DNA of 64,000 nt. Source: Chromera velia. Lineage: Eukaryota. Of this stretch, positions 39,056 through 51,400 are shown piece by piece. Position 1 is the first letter of the stretch. The number at the start of each line of letters is the position of its first letter. The position numbers and the translations under genes are program-made. The DNA lies in the NCBI GenBank assembly GCA_018398765.1, contig JAHBMJ010000488.1:1-64000 (forward strand), read 5' to 3'. The notes below the pieces were generated by a model that had not been told where the DNA came from, made no database searches, and worked only from the letters and a program-made list of their open reading frames with translations.

Positions 39056-39855
39056 GCACACGCGCACACACACCTAGGCACACAGACGAGAAAACAAGAA
39101 GCACACGATGGGGGCAATAAAAGCCGAGCGGCATGTCAGAACGTGTTTCATGTATCATATTTAACTCATTCGTATGTGAAGCATGCTGAATTGGTCTAAG
39201 AGTGCTGGATCGACCTTATGGCCTCATGAAAGTAAGCCTGTCTGACTGAGTCAGTCAGTCACTTTCAGGGTCACCCCGGTCTCGCTCTCATTCTCAATTG
39301 ATTGAATTGATGATGCATGGAGCAGCCAGCATGAGCAGATGGATTTCTGCCGTCATGCAGCCACACAGAATAAATAGAACAATCAGATTGTCAGAGTGTC
39401 TGTCTGTCTGTTGAATTCAGGGGAACACACGAATCCAGGCAGTGCACCGGGACGGAAGATGACTCCCTCCCTCTCTTCCAACTTCACACACGCACACGCA
39501 CCACTAATGTTACGCACCTGCTCTGCACGGAACGAGCATCCAGTTTTCTCATGAACTTATTTCAGACCATGAAGACCTATTCAGGGTCTTCTCTCTTTCC
39601 TTCTCTTTAAAAAAACGAACGCCAGAGAAACATAGCCTCTAGCTCTTCTTTCAGCTCGACTAAGTTAATTTTCTCCCTTCCCTCCCCCATCAATCTTTGC
39701 TTTTCGTATCGTCTCCTTCCTTCGACCGAACCTCTCTGGGGGTCTCTTTCTCAGCGGAGACGGCTGTAGTTCTCTTTCTGTCTCTCGCCCTGCAACTGCA
39801 ATGCGAGAAGGACAGGCAGCGCATTACTGAGGTGTCGCACTCTTCACTTGCTTAC

Positions 39856-40374
39856 TTACATCCCCCCCATGCCAGGCATACCCCCGAATGCCCTCATGAC
39901 CTCCATCTGCTTGTTCCGTGCGTACTCCTCATACTTGACCTTGAAGATCTCAATCGCCTCCCTGATCAGCGCCTCCAACTCCTCCTTGGGCACCTGCATG
40001 GCGGCGTCGGCAAGCTTCACACCCTTCACGGTACCAGTGCCAGTCCCCTCAATCGACACCAGACCGTTAGTGGAGGAGACGAGAATGGTGTGCTCTGCCA
40101 TCTCCGTTTTGATCTTCATTGAAATCTCCTGAGCTTGCTTCAACTTCTGCATCATGTCAAGAGGGTTACCGCCCCCCTGCCCTCCTGCAGGTGCGCCTCC
40201 GCCCATGGCACCTCCGGGGGTGCCCGGCTGCTCACCACCGCCCCCGAAGAGACTGCGAACGGTTTCGCTCCGTCCGCGTCTTTCAACAGGAAGACGGTAT
40301 GCTGCAAGTCTGAGAAAGGCTGTGGAGCTGCCTGTGCACAGAGCGGCAATGAGGGCGAAGAGAAAGGATCTCAT
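39856..40374 (-). CDS. Plastid-targeted YbaB/EbfC family protein
   Basis: Signal peptide ending STAF, an Arg-rich transit region, then MMQKLKQAQE...SSTNGLVSIEGTGTGTVKGVKL...EELEALIREA...GGMPGM, typical of YbaB/EbfC. Confidence 0.8.
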   Translation of the reverse strand: MRSFLFALIAALCTGSSTAFLRLAAYRLPVERRGRSETVRSLFGGGGEQPGTPGGAMGGGAPAGGQGGGNPLDMMQKLKQAQEISMKIKTEMAEHTILVSSTNGLVSIEGTGTGTVKGVKLADAAMQVPKEELEALIREAIEIFKVKYEEYARNKQMEVMRAFGGMPGMGGM

Positions 40375-41177
40375 TTTGAATCGGGTAGGAGAAGTCGGTG
40401 TGCCCTTTCAGAAGCAGCTCTCTCGGCTTCAAGCTTTTGGCTGATGGTCTTTATTTGACTGTCTCTCCTTCAACAATGGAAAGGTGATGCCTCTTAAGTG
40501 ATGACTGTGTTCGGCTGAAGAGGAGACACGGAAGTGAACGGCGTCCTTTTGGACGTTTGCCTTTTAGCGAAGGAGACGGTATGGAGACGGGCAACTGCTG
40601 CAAAAGTTAACTGACACGGCGTCCCGAAAAGTGCATGCAGCTGAGGGGGCACTTCAGCGAAAAAACTCCGCGGAATTTCGCTTGCGTGGACCACTCTCAC
40701 GTAAAGGCACTTCGACGCACGCAAAACTAGAAGAATGTCCCGCATAGTGTGGGGTCCGGCCAGCTTATGCGGCCGGGCCGCGAAGCCGCCCATTGGATCA
40801 CAAGAGAATCTCAAAAGATCGAGATGAACCGGCGCTGAGTGAGTCAGCAGACAGTGTGAGCGGCACTGATGACTGAGACAACTGATGAAGTCCCCAGATG
40901 ACATCATCAAACCGTCTTGTGCTGTGGACTTTCTATCAATCATTTTTGTTTCGGAGGCCGGAGCCCACCTACCTCTTCTTGGATCGGCCTTTGCAACACA
41001 TATTCACTCCCTCTCTGCCGTTGCCGGCTCTGCTGGCTCCAGCAGATTCGTACCGATGGAAACCTGAAGCTTACATTGACAGTCATTGAGAGAGAGGCTT
41101 TTTCGCTTCGTCTCAAGACACAGGCTTCGAGGCCTTGACTGTTGTTTATCGTTCCCGCCCCGAGCTGTCACGAGCGG

Positions 41178-41833
41178 ATGGCGGGGGGGGACCGGGAGGC
41201 GAACCTGTCCTCCCGCCTGAGGGAATTTCGGAACGGTATGACGGGCATGGCGGATGAGCTCGGCGAGAAATTTGAGAGACGGTCCAGACTTGTGGATGCA
41301 CTTGGAAGGGACAGAGCGTCGGGAGGTGCCTCTTCTGCTTCTGGTTTCAGAGATTTTCAGACTGAGGGCAGTAGAGACGGGCAGGCATTCCCACTATTCT
41401 CATCAGTCCAGGCGGCAGGAAATGGGGGTGCTGCATCAGTGGATCCGCGGAGCGGTGCGCTTCCTCTGTTCGCGGCCCCCTCACGTCAGCCGCTGTTGGT
41501 ACGGACGGGGTCTCCCGCGGTCCATGTGCGGGGTAGTCGCGCCTCCCTGCCGAGAGGGGGGGCTGCCGTTTCCGTTCACCCGTTCCCCTTCGGAGCAACG
41601 TCGGTGCCTTCTGGTTCTCTTTCTGTTGGTGGCAGAGAGAGAGGGCCAGATTCGTCGTCGTTCCGTCTCCCGGGGAGGAGTGGGGATGAGAGAGACAGAG
41701 AGAGACGGCAGGGGTGGGGGGAAGGAGAGGGAGGAGGGGGTTTGGGTTCCTGGGGAAATGGTGTGGGCGCCTCTTGGCAGGCAACGGCAGCACTCTCGGG
41801 TGAGTGGGTGGGAGAGTGAGTGAGAAAGTGAAC

Positions 41834-41880
<47 letters not shown>

Positions 41881-44800
41881 GAGGGAGAGAGAACCGGTTT
41901 GTGCGCAGCAGAGAGAGGCAGAGAAGACGGAAAATAAAAGTCGGCTGGATTTGCTCGCAACCGGGCAGGCAAGAAGGCAGACCGGGTTCCTTTCCCACTG
42001 AAAAGAAGAGAAGGGATCAAGCAGACTAGTTTGATTGGCCCAAACCCACCCAACTAGATGCAGAGAAAGGAGAAGAGAGGAGGGGAAGGCAGAAAGTGCG
42101 GGGGGAGGTCTTGCAACTACTTTGAGCCACAGGAGACGCACTTCTCCTCTCCACTTCTCTCTCTCTTGAGCCCCCAACGAACTCTCGGAGACAAAAAACG
42201 TTTTGGTTGTCAGCGCGCCGCGCTTCATTGCTGCCTTTTCCTCTTCTTTTCCCCTAATTCCTATCCTTCCTCTCTTGATTGCAGCAGATCGTGGACACAG
42301 CCCTGCAGGATGGCCCCGTGGCTCTGCTGCTTCCCTCCCTTTCGTTCCGGAAAGCCAAAGGGGAGGGGGGGAGGTGGGAGGAAGAGGTCATCGTTTGGCA
42401 GCAGTGGGACGGGGTTATCGGTCAAATGTGGGTGTGGACAGGGGAAGGGGAAGAGGCAGGGGGGGCGACGAGGTCGATGTACAGGTCCAATTGGAGTGTC
42501 CGTCTGAGGAAGAAGGGGGGGCGTGGGGGGAAGGGGAGGAGACGGGGGGACCGAGGGACAGCTTAGCTCGGTCAGGCTCTGTTCCACCTCGGTATCCCTT
42601 TCCTACTGCAGGACCAGTGCGGTACCGCTCGCTCTCCCCGTCTCCCATTCCGCCACCCCACCCCCCCATTCCCTTACAGACGCATATGCGGGGAGGGATG
42701 GGCTTTGCACCTTACGCCCCCCCCCCCGTACCCATGGCAATCCCAGTTGACCCCTACCCCCCCCGTTATATCCTGGGAGAGAAAGACGCCCATAGGACAG
42801 GAGGGGAGGACGGGGACGTGGAAGACGCCACCCAGACGCAGTTGGTTGTCCGGGTAAGCTCTCCTTGGAGACGAGGGGGGGGGTCTCGGAGAGCTTTGGG
42901 GGGGGGGGATGAGGGCAGACAGCAGTCGGGGGGTGCGCCCGGGCCGGCAAAGAGAGAAAGGGAGAGGGAGCCTGCGCGGGTTCGGCATGCAGCATCTCAG
43001 TCGGACCTAAACGGAGCGAGGGGCGGCGCGGCTCCGTCCCCCTCTCGTTCCCCCTCTGCCTGGTCCCCTCCCCCTGTTGCAAGGGGACGAGGGGAAAGAG
43101 AAAGAGCGCCAGGGAGAGAGAGGGATGGGGAAGAAGCAGACAGGCGCGAACAATGGGGAGAGAAGAGACGGGCACAGCGAGACGCGTTGATTGGTCAGCC
43201 CTTCTTTCCGTTAATTGACTTCCTGACATACACTTGATCCCATTTTGTCCAAATGCGTTCCTGCTCATGCTGAAGAACGAGGGCCTAGGTAGGATCATGT
43301 TGCAATACGACTGTCTGTGTGTATGTGTGCCGCCGTTTCAAATGAATGAACGAAAAAATGAAGCAGCATGAAGGTGAGTGCCTCCCATAGAGTGCAGAGT
43401 ACCAATCAGTCACAAGAGAAGCCGCCACGCCTGTTATACTTTTTCTTCGATCACCATTCTTTCCTTCTTTCTTGTTTGTTTGTGTTGGTTGTGAAAAAAC
43501 ACGTGCAGCTGAATACCTGTCTGAGATGGATGGGTCGAGGCGGCGCTCCCTATTGGACACCGTTTTGGGGGCTTGGAAGGGATTCGTTCGGGAGAACAGA
43601 AGACGGAGGGGGATGCTCGGGAATGGATTCCTCAGGTGGCTTGTACTCGTAGAGTGGAGACGCGAACAGGAACAGGTAGGGAAGAGGGAAGGACAAGGGG
43701 AGACAGGAAGATTTGAGGGTGGGTTCAGGGAGAGGGGTGAGGACAGCTGAACCTAGCTTCTCGCGCGCGCGCGCGCGTGCGCGCGCTCTCCCTCCCTCCC
43801 TCCCCTCCTCTCTTTCTTGCTGTCACTCTGTCTCTCTATCCTCCTGTATCTGTGTTGGTGTGGTTCTCTCATTCGCTCACTCGCTCACTGACGACTTTCC
43901 GAACGAGGGAGTGAGTGAGTCAGTGAATAAGAATGTGTCTATCTGTCTATCCAATTCCGTGTTCGTTCGTGCAGATTTCTGAAGGTTGTGCAGCTGCGAG
44001 GAGGGAGAAGCGCATGCGTTTGTTGTTCTCTGCATGGCGCAAGGGGGCAGTTCGGGCCGAAATTCTCCGACAGCGGGTGGAGACGGCACTGTGCATGGCG
44101 TTCGATGGATGGAGGGAGACGGCAAGTCGATCGAGGTCCATCGCATCGGCTGTGTGGAGGCTGTGTCGGTCCAGGGCGAGGGGGGCTGCTGGGTGGGCTC
44201 TTCGTGAGTGGAAGTCTCGAGCCGATTCGCAGAGAGAGAGGAGGTAGGTGAAAGAACCTCCCTGTGGCCGGGTGGGGTTTGTGTGTAGAGAAACGAAGGA
44301 ATGAGATGAGCTTTTTGTGGCCCTCTTCCGGCTGGTTTGTTCTCTTTCGCCTGTCTGGGATCTCCCTTTCCTTTATGAATAGTGAAGGGAGGAGATTCAT
44401 TATTCTTGTCTGGCATGTACTTACGGGCCTGTCGAGGAGTCTGAAGACACAACAAAACAAAATAGAGAACGTTGTTTTCGTCTATGATTTACCAGGCACG
44501 TGTGTGGCTTTTTGAAGGGCCGCTCTCCTGTTTAATCACTCCTGCTTGCTGTAGGCGATTGAAAGAGACCGCACGCCTTCTGGTCAGCAAGAGGGCAGCA
44601 GCGGCTGTTCATGAGTGGTCCCGGAAAGCGACTTTGCGCAAGGCCCTGCGGAGTCGTCAAGCCGAGGCGAAGGGAGTGGTGCTCGGGGGGAGAGCCCATG
44701 ACGCCCTGGCGCGGCTTTGTGCTTTTTCGACTAAACAGAGGGCGCTGCGGGAGGCAGAGCAGAGACTTGTGGCAAAGAGCAGACGAACCTACATCCCTCC

Positions 44801-47800
44801 AGCATTTTCTCAGTGGGTCGCGAGGATACATGGGAGGGAGGGAGGACTAAGAGAGATGAGATCTGGCGTGTGCTTTATCAGAAACGGAGTTGAAGGAATC
44901 GAGTAATTGAAATACCTTGCTGTGATGACCTTTTGTCTTTCCTTTTTTCTCTTTGTCTGGATGGGCGAGTCCACTCGTTTTTTTCTAGGAGGGGACGGAA
45001 GGAAACAAGGAAGAGTATTTTCGCTTTCTCCCTGTTTTTTTTTGTCTGTTTTTGTTTGTCATTTGCTTCCTCGGTTGCTCTCAGTCTTTCTTACCTGGTC
45101 ATTTTCAATTGCATTGAAAACACCCTCTACCGAAGTCCCACTGAAAAAGTAAAAGAAGAAGGATCGAAAACGGCCGTCTCTTCAAAGCGTGTTTTCTGTC
45201 TGTCATTCCTTTTGCATGCCGCATTGTCTCTTCGCAGTGGTTCTATGCCAGTGTCAATTTTAGCTATTGCAACGCTGTATAGAAAGCTTGAGCTCGACAG
45301 TGTGTTGTTCTCGCTCTCTGTGCAGTTGGAAAGCCGCGTGGATGGAAGCGGTGACAGAGAGACGCGAGACTCGGGATGCCGTTGTGGCGGTTGAGCGCTC
45401 CCGTGTTCGTTGGTGTCTCCGTGAGTGGAAGCAAAAGATCACCGTCTCCAGGCGTCTACGGTTGTGCAGTCGGCTGGTGGAGATGCGGAGAGTGAGGGCC
45501 GCACTGTCTCGATTGAAGGCATTTGCATTCAAAGTCAGCCATACAGCCGGCAAGGAACAGAGCATCATAGGCATATAGACCGAGACAGCAAGGGAGGGGG
45601 AGAAGAAAGAGAGAATTGGCACAGTTGCAAGTGCCAGAGAAGTGAGATGCACAATTCGACATCTGCCCCGAGAGACTGACCTTTCTCCCCTCCTTTAGCA
45701 ACTAGACAGGCGAACAAACAAACAGAAAGCCAACCAGCCAGCCAGCCGGACAAATTTGAATCACAAGGGGATGCCGCCTGTCCTGCCTCACACCCACCCA
45801 CCCACTCACATTCATACGCGTGTGCGCGCGCACACACACACATACACACACACACACACATACACACAGACAGACAGACAGACAGACACACGCACGCACA
45901 CACACACGCGCACAAACTAACGAACCAACGAGGCCATCAAATTAGAGGTCAGCGTTGACAAGTTTGTCAATTTTGCAGCATGGATTTCATCACGACACCA
46001 GATGGATAAGAAGATACGGATTCCTACAAATTCACTGGAATGGAATGGAATGGAATGGAATGGAATGGAATGGTTTGGATGGATGTCATGAATGGAATGC
46101 AGCGACGACGAGGACGCGCGATCGATGAAGCAGGAGAGGCGGCGTGTGCAAGCAGGGAGAGGGAACAGGCCCGGGCAGCTCTTCACTCGCTGAGCCTCTT
46201 CAGCGGACGCAGACGCCATCTTGCAGATCTCTGGCGACAGGTGGGTGCATGTGGAGAGTTGTGCACGCATGCACCAATTGAGCTATCTGGCATCGTTGCG
46301 TTTCTCTTCATTTTTGTCAGTCTCTGTCGTGACGGCATCGTCTGTCAGTGGGACAATTTATCGACGTGACTTCTCTCCCTCTGTATATTGGTTCTCCCTC
46401 TGCATGTTGGTGAATCAACGGAATCCGATTTCATAGAGGGAGCATATGATTGCCTTTGTGCACTGTCTTTCAAGGTCACCACATGCAGGCAGAAAGTTTC
46501 TAAACAAACAACTGTCCAATCAGGCTGTGAAGACTCTCTTTTCCTCTCTCCTTCCCTCTCTCCCTCCTTGGTCGTTTCGTTCAGGTGGTCTTTCGACGAG
46601 TCGGGAAGGTGGCACGCGGAGTTCTGGCGGTGTGGAGGGAGAGGACCTCGAGGTTTATTCTCGCGCGCTCCGTTTTGATCCCCAGAAGAGAGCTCGAGAC
46701 GCTCCGGTAGGCCCTTGGCTCAATTGGCGCTTGCGGTTCTGACTTGGTTGGCTCTTTCTTCACTTGTCGTCTTCATGTTGATGCCTGTCTTTTTCTCCTT
46801 TCCTTTTGGTTTTGTTCTCTCTTCTTATTTTAGTCTCTTCTCCGTTGGTCTTTGGTTCTGCTCGCACTTCTTTGCCTTTCCGCCTTTGGAATTTTACCGG
46901 TTGCTCCTTTCCGTCTCTGTCTCTCTCTCTGTTCAGGTCTGCTTTCGAGCTGTGGCGTCTGGGCGCTCGCATCAGCGGGATATTCTCTCGGTTTTGTGGT
47001 GCGTCTGACTTTGCGGTTCTTTCCGGGGTCCTCTCTGAGTGGAGAGGGCAAACGGAGGAGAGACGGCAAAAGGAGACGGCAGGAAGGTACAGCCTCCAGG
47101 CACGAAGAGGACAACGGGCTTTGAGAGCGTGGAGAAGTCAAGTGCTTCGCAGAGCGGCGTTGAGGGTGATGCAAAGACACGCAGAGGAATTTCACGCAGA
47201 AACGCTTTTACGGAAAACTTTACGGGGCCTCAGATTTGAAGCAGGGAGACAGCTGAACCTAGACGAGCGACTGCTGGCCTGCCTCGCCTTCCGTCCGTGT
47301 CTGCCCGCAGGATCGAGGCTTAGACTCCAGTTGTGCTGGAGGTGGGTTGGGTGGTGGTGTGGTGTAGGGGGGAATTGGGTGGTATTCGCTCGTCTCTCTC
47401 TCACTCTTTCCCTCCCTGTGTGTGTGAGAGAGAGAGAGAGGGAGAGAGAGAGAGAGAGAGAGAGAGTTTCACCCCCTTCCCTCCCACATGCAGCTCTGCT
47501 TATGCTCTTGCCTATTATTTCAGAAGGAGAATCACCCCTGGTTTCTGCCTGCCTGGAATCAGTCTCTCTCTTACTCTGTCTGCAGAGCCTGGTCGTTCCT
47601 GGTTGAAGAGAGGAGACAACGAGACGGGCATGCGGTGGCCGTGAGGACTCGGAAGGAGCGAGTCGCCATGAAAAGGTAAGTACGGGGAATTAAGGGAGGG
47701 GGAGTGATGGATCGAACAGATCGTCAAATGGATTGGTGAAGGGTGGGGGACAGTAGCGTGGGGCCTGCAGGGGGTTCTGAAGGAGGAAGGAGGATTCAGT

Positions 47801-48399
47801 CTTGTGTGGGTTGTAAACCGGCTGAAGCGTATGTTCTTGTTTTTTCAGTCAGTCAGACAGGCAGGCAGTCTCTTTCGGCACCCCTTCACTCGTCCACAAT
47901 CTTTCCCTGCCTCCCTGCCTGCCTCTCCGTCCGTGCCTGTGTGTGTCTGCAGGGCTTTCGACGAGTGGAAAGAGTCAGTCAGTCTCTCTGCCTAGCTGTT
48001 TGCCCACCTGCCTGTATGCGTGCCTGGCCAGAAAGGCAGAAAAAAAGAAAACATACAGCCTGTCTATGTTTATGAGGAAAAAAGGCAGGCACTGGCAACG
48101 TGGCGACAGGAAGAGGCAGAAAGCGGAAGAAAGAAAGAAAGAAAGAAAGGAAGCAAGCAAGCAAGCAAGCAAACAAACAAACAGGGGGAAGGACAAGAAG
48201 AGACAGAAAGCGAAATAAATAAATAAAGAAAGAAAGAAAGAGTGAAAATAGACAGAAAGAAAGATGGGCCGGGTTTGCTTGGGGAGAGAGTTTTGACTTT
48301 TGTCTGTGCATCCCTCCCCATCGACGGACGGACGGACGGACGGAGGCATCGATCAGAGAGAGAGAGGGACAAGCCTCCAGGAAAACAAGGCAGGAGGGA

Positions 48400-48436
<37 letters not shown>

Positions 48437-51400
48437 CAGTGGATGTCTCATTGAGAGTTAGAGTAGGATAATCGGAGCTCGATGTGAAAAGCAGGCAGAC
48501 GGAGGGTGAGCCCGTATCCCTCCCTCCCTCCCTGTTGATCTCTTTCAGGACAAGTGCGACGACACGAGCCCTGCGTGGTGATTTGGAGCGTCGCGTGGGT
48601 TTCCTCTCCGACGCCCGCGTTGTCGCGTTCTTCTTTCGTGCGTGGCGGGACGTTGCTGCAGAGGGGAGACGGGACAGGGCTGTGTGGCGTGACGCTGGCG
48701 AACTTCGGGTGCGGCGTCTGGGTGCAATTGTGATGAGGGCATGGAGTGATGTGGCATCTCAGCAGGTGAGAGGGAAGAAGAAGAAGATGAGAAAATTCAA
48801 TTTAATTAGAAGGAGTCGAGAAAGGAGAGTTCTGAATTCTGTTTGAACCGAGGTTGACTGCTTTTGTATTCACTCGTTTGAGGTGAGAACTCCTTTTCAT
48901 TACTACGTCCTCATGCTCGCCCATATCTCAGGCTGTCTGTTTTCTCGTTCTCTTCTGGCACACTGAGCATTCTGTGTTGGCATGTGATTGCGTTTGTGTG
49001 TGTCTACGGGCCTCTCCATCTGGAATCGGGACACTGATGTTGCAGAGGGATTTGCGCAGACGCGCCCGTCGGCTGTCGGTGTTCCTCTCCCTCGTCTCCA
49101 AGCAGAGAGCCGTGATGACGTGGAGAGCGTGGAGCGCCGCAGAGACTGAATTAAAAAGGAAAACAGAGAGGGCGGTAGAGAGAGTAAAGGCATGGAGGGC
49201 CGGGAGGGCTCTGGGGATCTGGCAGGTCTGTCGCTGTTTTTTTCTTTCTCAAGAAGCTGGTCTGTCTGGTTTTTCTGTCTGCCTGTCTGTCTGTCTCCCA
49301 TCACCTCTCTTTTTGGGTAGAGAGTCTCTTTGTGTGACTAACGGAACGAGAAATCACCTCTGCATGACCTTCGAAAGGCCTTTTGAGTTTGCAAGTCGGA
49401 ATGAGTGGCACGTCTGATACAGAATTTCACATATGCCTTTCTTTCTTTATTTATTTATTCATTCATTCATTTATTTATTTATTTATTTCGTTCAATCGTT
49501 CGTTCGTTTGTTCGTTTGATCGTTCGTTCATTCGTTCGTTCGTTCTTCCGTTTTTTCTTTTTTTTTTCGTTCTTTCCTTCCTTGTGTCTTATGGATTGGA
49601 TGCAGACCCTTCTGGAGGCCCGAAAGAAAATGAAGGCAGCGAGATTACTGGGAGACGCCCAGAGAGCCCGAAGGGCCTTGGCGTGTTGGCGTGAGGGGAC
49701 GGCCGTGGGTTCGCGTCTGCGTGCCATCTCGAAACGCGTGCGCTTGGGGGGTGCAGTGAGGAGTGCCCGTCGTGCTCTGGGGTTGTGGAAAGAGAGCGCA
49801 AAGAGGGGGTTGATGAAGGCCAAAATTCGACAGTTTCAAATGTGGGTCTCGTCTCTTCTTGTCTTGGAAGCTTTTTGTGAGGAAGTTAAACTGTGACTCT
49901 TTTGCTTTGATTTCTTTTGCTTTCCTTTTCGCACGACGAAGGGAGAAAATATCGAGGAAACGGACCGTTTGAGGCACATTATTCCTCTGTGTATGTGGGT
50001 TTTCCCCTTTTTGCAATCTTTTTGCGGACTTTCTGCGTCAACTCGAGTTTCGGCGCTTGGCACTCCACATTTGTGCCCCCTCTCTCCTCTTCTTTTCTCT
50101 TTCAGGGGGGCAGCAGCGGATGCCGTCGCGAAGTGGCGGCGCTTTGCGAGAGCCCGACGAGCTTTGAAGGGCCACCTGCGTGAAGGCGAGGAGCGTCGAA
50201 GCCTTCAGATGGCCAAAGAGGTGCGTATTCAGGAGAGAAGGGGAGGTGCATCCGAGAGAGAGGGTCGGAGTGTTGCTGAAAGCGTGACTTCAGATTAGAG
50301 TGGGCGAGCGCGCACACACACACATGCACACACAGAAGCGAGGATGAACAGAGAGTCGGGACCGGAGTGCAGTTGTACTCTTCTTTCTTCCTTCTTTCCT
50401 TCCTCCCTCCTTTCCTTCCTTCCTCACGCCATCACAAGACTGACAGGGCCATCAAGAAAACAACAAGAAGAGTAGAGGGAAGACGTAAAAGGCGGTTCGA
50501 TCGATCGCACTCGGGAAGCTGTCGATGGCAGAATTGATGACAGCTAGATGGGTGGCTATGCATCAGGCAAGACTTTCTTGTCGGAATAAATTAGTTCATT
50601 AGTCGACTTGATCTATCCAGCCCTCCTCTTACGCGCTGTCTGTCTGCCTGTCTGTCTGTCTGTCTGTCTGCCTGCCTGTCTGTCTGCCTGCCTGTCTGTG
50701 TGTTGTGTTCATGAAGAAAAGGAGGGAGAAGAAGAAGAAACATATAGACTGTCTGTCCGTCTGCCTGCAAAACAACGAACAGGTGTTGGTCGAGTGGCGC
50801 CGCGTTGTCTGGCGTCAGATGGCGTTTCGTCACCTGAGGGCAAACGCGGGAGGGTCCTCCATCTCCCCCCCCGTGGTGCCTCTCTGCTGGAGACTGTGGC
50901 GAGCCGCGTGCCGTCGCTTGACGTTACTTGTCAATGAGGCAGATGCTCTCCTTGAGGAGAGGGCGGCAAAGGCTGTGAAAGAGGCATTCGGAAAGTGGGT
51001 GAGTGCCCTGGAACGACAAAGAGGCCTCGGGAAGCGCGCGGAGACTTTGAGTGCGATGAGAGATAGAAGATTACTCAACTCCACACTCTCTTTGTGGAGA
51101 CGTGCTCTTGAAGAGAAATTGGGCAGACGGGAGGAGAGCGTACGTGTGTGTCAGAGAGAGAGGATGAGGCAGGCTGTGCATAAGTGGAGACGGTACACTT
51201 TGAGGAGACTGCGGGATAAGGCCCTTGTCACCCGGGGAGAGCTATGCAGAAGGCAGCAGGTGGGCATGCATCTGTTGTTTTTTCATTCGAATGAAGTTTC
51301 TGTGCTTTCAAGGTCCTCGGTTTTTCTTTCGTTCTTGTTTTTGCTTTTTTCTTTCCTTTCCGGAAACAAGTAGATAGATTCACAGTGCAGCAAATACAAA

